Shown piece by piece: positions 60,722-64,000 of a stretch of DNA of 64,000 bases; within the stretch, counting starts at the first letter, position 1, and each line of letters begins with the position of its first letter. The position numbers and the translations under genes were made by a program. Below the pieces are notes generated by a model, which saw nothing but the letters and a program-made list of their open reading frames with translations, ran no database searches and was not told the DNA's origin. The stretch covers positions 846 to 64,845 of the forward strand of contig JALUDX010000195.1 of the NCBI GenBank assembly GCA_027053355.1. The letters run 5' to 3'. Source of the DNA: Anaerolineales bacterium. Its GTDB lineage: Bacteria; Chloroflexota; Anaerolineae; Anaerolineales; DRMV01.

Positions 60722-61816
60722 ATGAACCCCCTCCGCCAATTGCAAACCTTCGGTCAGAGCGTCTGGCTGGATTTCATCCGCCGCAAAATTTTGCGTGACG
60801 GCACCCTGCAACGCTTCATCGACGCCGACGGTATCTCGGGGATGACCTCCAACCCCGCCATCTTCGAACAGGCCATCGCGCAAAGCGACGATTACACGGC
60901 TGCCATCGCCTTCTTAGCGCGGCAGGGCAAAAAGGCCGATGAAATTTACCACATCCTGACCGTGGAAGACGTCCAGGCCGCGGCCGACCTCTTCCGCCCG
61001 GTGTACGAAGCCACCCAAGGCCAAGACGGCTACGTGAGTTTGGAAGTGGATCCCCGCCTGGCCTACGACACCCCCGGCACCGTGGCAGACGCCCGCCGAC
61101 TGTGGGCGGCCGTGAACCGCCCCAACGTGATGATCAAAGTGCCGGCTACCAAAGAAGGGCTGCCCGCCATTCGGGAACTGCTGGCCGCGGGCATCAACGT
61201 CAACGTCACCTTGCTCTTCAGCGTGCCGCGCTACCGGGAAGTGGCCGAAATCTATCTGGAAGCCCTGGAAAGGCGCGCCGCGCAGGGCCTGCCCCTGGCC
61301 TCGGTGGCCTCGGTGGCCAGTTTCTTCGTCAGCCGCATCGACACCTTGATGGACGCCCTGCTGGAACACCACCCCTGCCAGGAAGCGCGTGCCCTGCGGG
61401 GGAAAATCGCCGTCGCCAGCGCCAAAGTCGCGTACGCCGCGTTCACCGAGTACACCCAAAGCCCGCGTTTCAAGGCTTTGGCCGCTCAAGGCGCGCGGCC
61501 GCAACGCCTCCTCTGGGCCAGCACCAGCACCAAAAACCCGGCTTATAGCGATGTCAAATACGTCGAAGCCCTCATCGGCCCGCAGACCGTGACTACCATC
61601 CCCCTGAAAACGTTGGAAGCCTACCGCGACCACGGCCGCCCCGCGCCGCGCCTCACCCAAAATCTGGACGCCGCACAGGCCGCCTTAGCCCAACTCGCCG
61701 AACTACAAATCGATCTGGACGCGGCCATGCAGCAACTGGAAGACGAAGGCGTGCAAAAATTCATCCGCGCCTTCGCCCAATTGATGGACACGCTGACGCG
61801 CGCCACCGCGGCTTGA
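60722..61816 (+). CDS. tal: transaldolase (long type)
   Basis: Start at MNPLRQLQTFGQSVWLDFIRR. Motifs TSNPAIFEQAI, VMIKVPATKEG (Schiff-base Lys) and LLWASTSTKNP. Confidence 0.9.
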   Translation: MNPLRQLQTFGQSVWLDFIRRKILRDGTLQRFIDADGISGMTSNPAIFEQAIAQSDDYTAAIAFLARQGKKADEIYHILTVEDVQAAADLFRPVYEATQGQDGYVSLEVDPRLAYDTPGTVADARRLWAAVNRPNVMIKVPATKEGLPAIRELLAAGINVNVTLLFSVPRYREVAEIYLEALERRAAQGLPLASVASVASFFVSRIDTLMDALLEHHPCQEARALRGKIAVASAKVAYAAFTEYTQSPRFKALAAQGARPQRLLWASTSTKNPAYSDVKYVEALIGPQTVTTIPLKTLEAYRDHGRPAPRLTQNLDAAQAALAQLAELQIDLDAAMQQLEDEGVQKFIRAFAQLMDTLTRATAA

Positions 61817-61825
61817 ACCCGCGGC

Positions 61826-62422
61826 TCAGCCCTCGCTGCCGCCCTGCCCAGCCGAGGCACCGCCGGGCGGCGGCTTGGGTTCCGCCCGCGTTTGGGGCGC
61901 ATCCGGCGGGATGAACAGCGTCGCGCCGCAATACGGGCACTTGACAATGCCCTTGCCCACGAATTCGCGCTGGCCGCCGCAATTGGGGCAGATATTGCTC
62001 ACCACCTTGGCCGCATCGCTGGCGTAAAAGGTCATCGAATCCCAATCGATGTAACCGGTAAACAGCCCCAGGCTCACCAAATCGTAAATCATCTGGGTGA
62101 TCTGCTGGCGATTCAGGTGCATTTCCACCATCACCTGAGCCAAAGAGACCTGACCGTGGCTTTGGATCATCCCCAAAAGACGCTGCATTTGCTCAGCCTG
62201 GGCTTGCGCTTTGGCCTCAGACTTCCCCTTGACCAGCAAAAACACGCCCAGCGCACCCAACACCATGGCCGGCAGCCCGCCAAAAAGGATGAACCCCAAC
62301 ACCGCGCCTGCAGCGTGCAGTTTATGGGAAGCAAGCCCGCTGGCCATGAAGGCACCGGCAAATACCAAGGCCGCTACGGCCAGCCCCAACGCAATCCATC
62401 CGCCTGTTTTCCCGATGTTCAT
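61826..62422 (-). CDS. membrane protein with C-terminal zinc ribbon (hypothetical)
   Basis: Start at MNIGKTGGW (RBS GGAGGTG). Three TM helices, a winged-helix-like middle, and CPNCGG...CPYCG. Confidence 0.55.
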   Translation of the reverse strand: MNIGKTGGWIALGLAVAALVFAGAFMASGLASHKLHAAGAVLGFILFGGLPAMVLGALGVFLLVKGKSEAKAQAQAEQMQRLLGMIQSHGQVSLAQVMVEMHLNRQQITQMIYDLVSLGLFTGYIDWDSMTFYASDAAKVVSNICPNCGGQREFVGKGIVKCPYCGATLFIPPDAPQTRAEPKPPPGGASAGQGGSEG

Positions 62423-62514
62423 AACACCTCCAAAGGGGAACCACGCCTGCCGCCGCTCGTCAGGCGCCAAAGCCCGAGGCGGGGCGCTTACTTTTCATCT
62501 ATTGTACCCCAAAA

Positions 62515-62719
62515 GTGGCCGTTCAGCCCCGGCAAGGAGAAACCACAGATTGCGCAGAAGAACATCCACAGATTTCACAGATGAACACAAATTGGGCGAA
62601 AAACACTAAAAAGCCCACGCTCGCCCTCGCTTCTTGGCGGTCCTGGCGTCATCTTGGCGACCTTGGCGACTTAAAGATCCGTGTTATCCGTGGTCTCTTC
62701 CTCGCGGCTGAAGGGTTAC
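62515..62719 (-). mobile_element. type-A MITE-like element (205 bp), inverted orientation, complete
   Basis: Ends GTGGCCGTTCAGCC / GGCTGAAGGGTTAC. Perfect 8-bp direct repeat CCCCAAAA at 62507..62514 and 62720..62727. The interior is the reverse complement of 4414..4619. Confidence 0.85.
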
Positions 62720-62788
62720 CCCCAAAAGCAATGGCTCACCCTGAGCCGAAAAACATCTACCGATTATCGAGCCCACCCAAAAGCCGTT

Positions 62789-63586
62789 ATGGACGCCATC
62801 CGCAGCCCCCAAAACCCCAAAATCAAACTGGCGCGCAGCCTGCACCAACGCAAAGGCCGCCGCAAACACCACGCCTTTTTGGTCGAGGGGCTTCGCCACG
62901 TGGCCGCCGCTTTAGAAGCCGAAGCCCCACTGCGCTATCTGCTCTGGGCACCCGAACGGCTGACCAGCCCCTTCGGGCAGGAACTCATCCGCCAGGCGCA
63001 GGCGCGGGGCATTCCCGTCGACGCGGTGACACCCCGGGTGTTGGATACCATCTCCACCAAAGAGCACACCCAGGGCTTGGTCGCGGTGGCCCAACCGCGA
63101 CCCACTGACCTTGCCGACCTCGACCCGGCCCGCGCCGCCTGGGTAGTGGCCGCGGTGGCCCCACAAAACCCCGGCAACGTGGGCACGCTGCTGCGCACCA
63201 TGGACGCGGTGGGCGCGGACGCGCTGGTGCTGTTAGACGGCGGCGCCGACCCCTACCACCCGGCCGCGGTGCGCGCCAGCATGGGCGCCCTCTTCTGGCT
63301 GCCCGTGGTGCAAACCTCGTGGTCGGCCTTCCGCCACTGGCAACAGGCGCACGGCTATCGGCTTTACGGCACCTCGGCCCACCAGGGCACCGCATACCGC
63401 GCCGCCACCTACCGCTGGCCCTTGGTGCTGCTTTTGGGGAACGAACGCCACGGCCTGACCGCAGCGCAACGCGCGGCCTGCGACGAAATGCTCACCCTCC
63501 CCATGCACGGCCACGGCACCTCCCTCAACCTGGCCGTCGCCGCGGGCGTGCTGCTGTACGCCCAAGAAGTACAACGGCCTGCCTGA
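62789..63586 (+). CDS. TrmH/SpoU-family RNA 2'-O-methyltransferase
   Basis: Start at MDAIRSPQNPKIK. SpoU motifs LLLGNERHGL and SLNLAVAAGVLLY. The upstream part of ORF 62681.. lies in the MITE. Confidence 0.8.
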   Translation: MDAIRSPQNPKIKLARSLHQRKGRRKHHAFLVEGLRHVAAALEAEAPLRYLLWAPERLTSPFGQELIRQAQARGIPVDAVTPRVLDTISTKEHTQGLVAVAQPRPTDLADLDPARAAWVVAAVAPQNPGNVGTLLRTMDAVGADALVLLDGGADPYHPAAVRASMGALFWLPVVQTSWSAFRHWQQAHGYRLYGTSAHQGTAYRAATYRWPLVLLLGNERHGLTAAQRAACDEMLTLPMHGHGTSLNLAVAAGVLLYAQEVQRPA

Positions 63587-63763
63587 AAAAACCGGGCCCG
63601 GCTCACCGCGACGCCAACGAAGGGGAAAAACAGCCCGCGTCGGCACATTCATCTCCCCAATCCACGGCTTATAGACCGGCCACGGATGTTACAATTGAAC
63701 CAGGCCACCGGCCCAACCCCGGGCGCGACGCCCACCGCCGCGCCCCTGCCCCCAACAGCCCCC

Positions 63764-64000
63764 ATGAGCACAGAAGCCCCCCTTTCCGAAGATTACGCCA
63801 CCCGCCGTTACCTGGCCGTAGGTGAGGCCGCGCGGGTGTTGGGCATTTCCGTGGCCGAGTTACAAGCCCTGGTGCGGGAAGGCAAAGTGCCCGCCTACCG
63901 GGCGGCCAGCGGCCAGCATCGCTTCGAGCGGGCTGCCCTGCAACGCCTGGTGCGGGAAGGCCGCTTCCCCGGGGCGGGGCAGCAACAAACCGACACCCCC
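63764..64000 (+). CDS. excisionase/MerR-type helix-turn-helix protein, N-terminal part (3' end outside window)
   Basis: Manual translation gives MSTEAPLSEDYATRRYLAVGEAARVLGISVAELQALVREGKVPAYRAASGQHRFERAAL, which fits the HTH_17 pattern. The frame is open to the window end. Confidence 0.55.
   Translation, partial: MSTEAPLSEDYATRRYLAVGEAARVLGISVAELQALVREGKVPAYRAASGQHRFERAALQRLVREGRFPGAGQQQTDTP

Overview
64-kb high-GC bacterial chromosomal segment. Hand counts of sample 60-nt lines give about 60-73% G+C in most genes. I call about 55 protein genes, one tRNA-Leu(CAG), one IS4-like insertion sequence, and an unusually dense set of short non-autonomous transposon-like repeats. Gene content in order: sufS-sufU, pcm, an M50 protease, radC, and a GH13 enzyme. 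Then two very large SLH-anchored surface proteins plus a triple-repeat secreted protein. A long co-directional signalling/metabolic block follows: a DUF4388 protein, a small Ras-like GTPase, two paralogous alpha/beta hydrolases, an LbH protein, an acyl-ACP-reductase-like enzyme, a REC-degenerate-GGDEF regulator, a 2318-aa kinase with ten GAF-like modules, a CheY-like regulator and an esterase. The rest is clpC, recN, a Mod/Cys-type ABC importer without a binding protein, an FAH hydrolase, an M20 amidohydrolase, PSP1/RicT, Mrp/ApbC, an isolated iscX-nuoB-nuoCD-nuoI cluster, glmS, transaldolase and a TrmH methyltransferase. SLH plus LVIVD proteins, fused nuoC/D and multi-GAF kinases are reminiscent of Chloroflexota-like Terrabacteria, but taxonomy cannot be proven from this window. 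The strongest signal not explained by genes is in the intergenic DNA. Almost every larger intergenic region carries members of a repeat family with 14-bp terminal inverted repeats (consensus GTAACTGTTCAGCC) and 8-bp target-site duplications. The duplications are perfect in three cases, including one nested insertion. These are MITE-like elements with an IS66-type end/TSD signature and no cognate transposase in the window. The most interesting gene-level candidate is the 22.5-36.5 kb plus-strand locus. It couples an AAR-like reductase, an LbH enzyme and an active/inactive alpha/beta-hydrolase pair to a giant GAF kinase and two response regulators. No CRISPR array, rRNA or recognisable defence system was seen. 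All protein family calls rest on motif recognition by eye, not on database searches.
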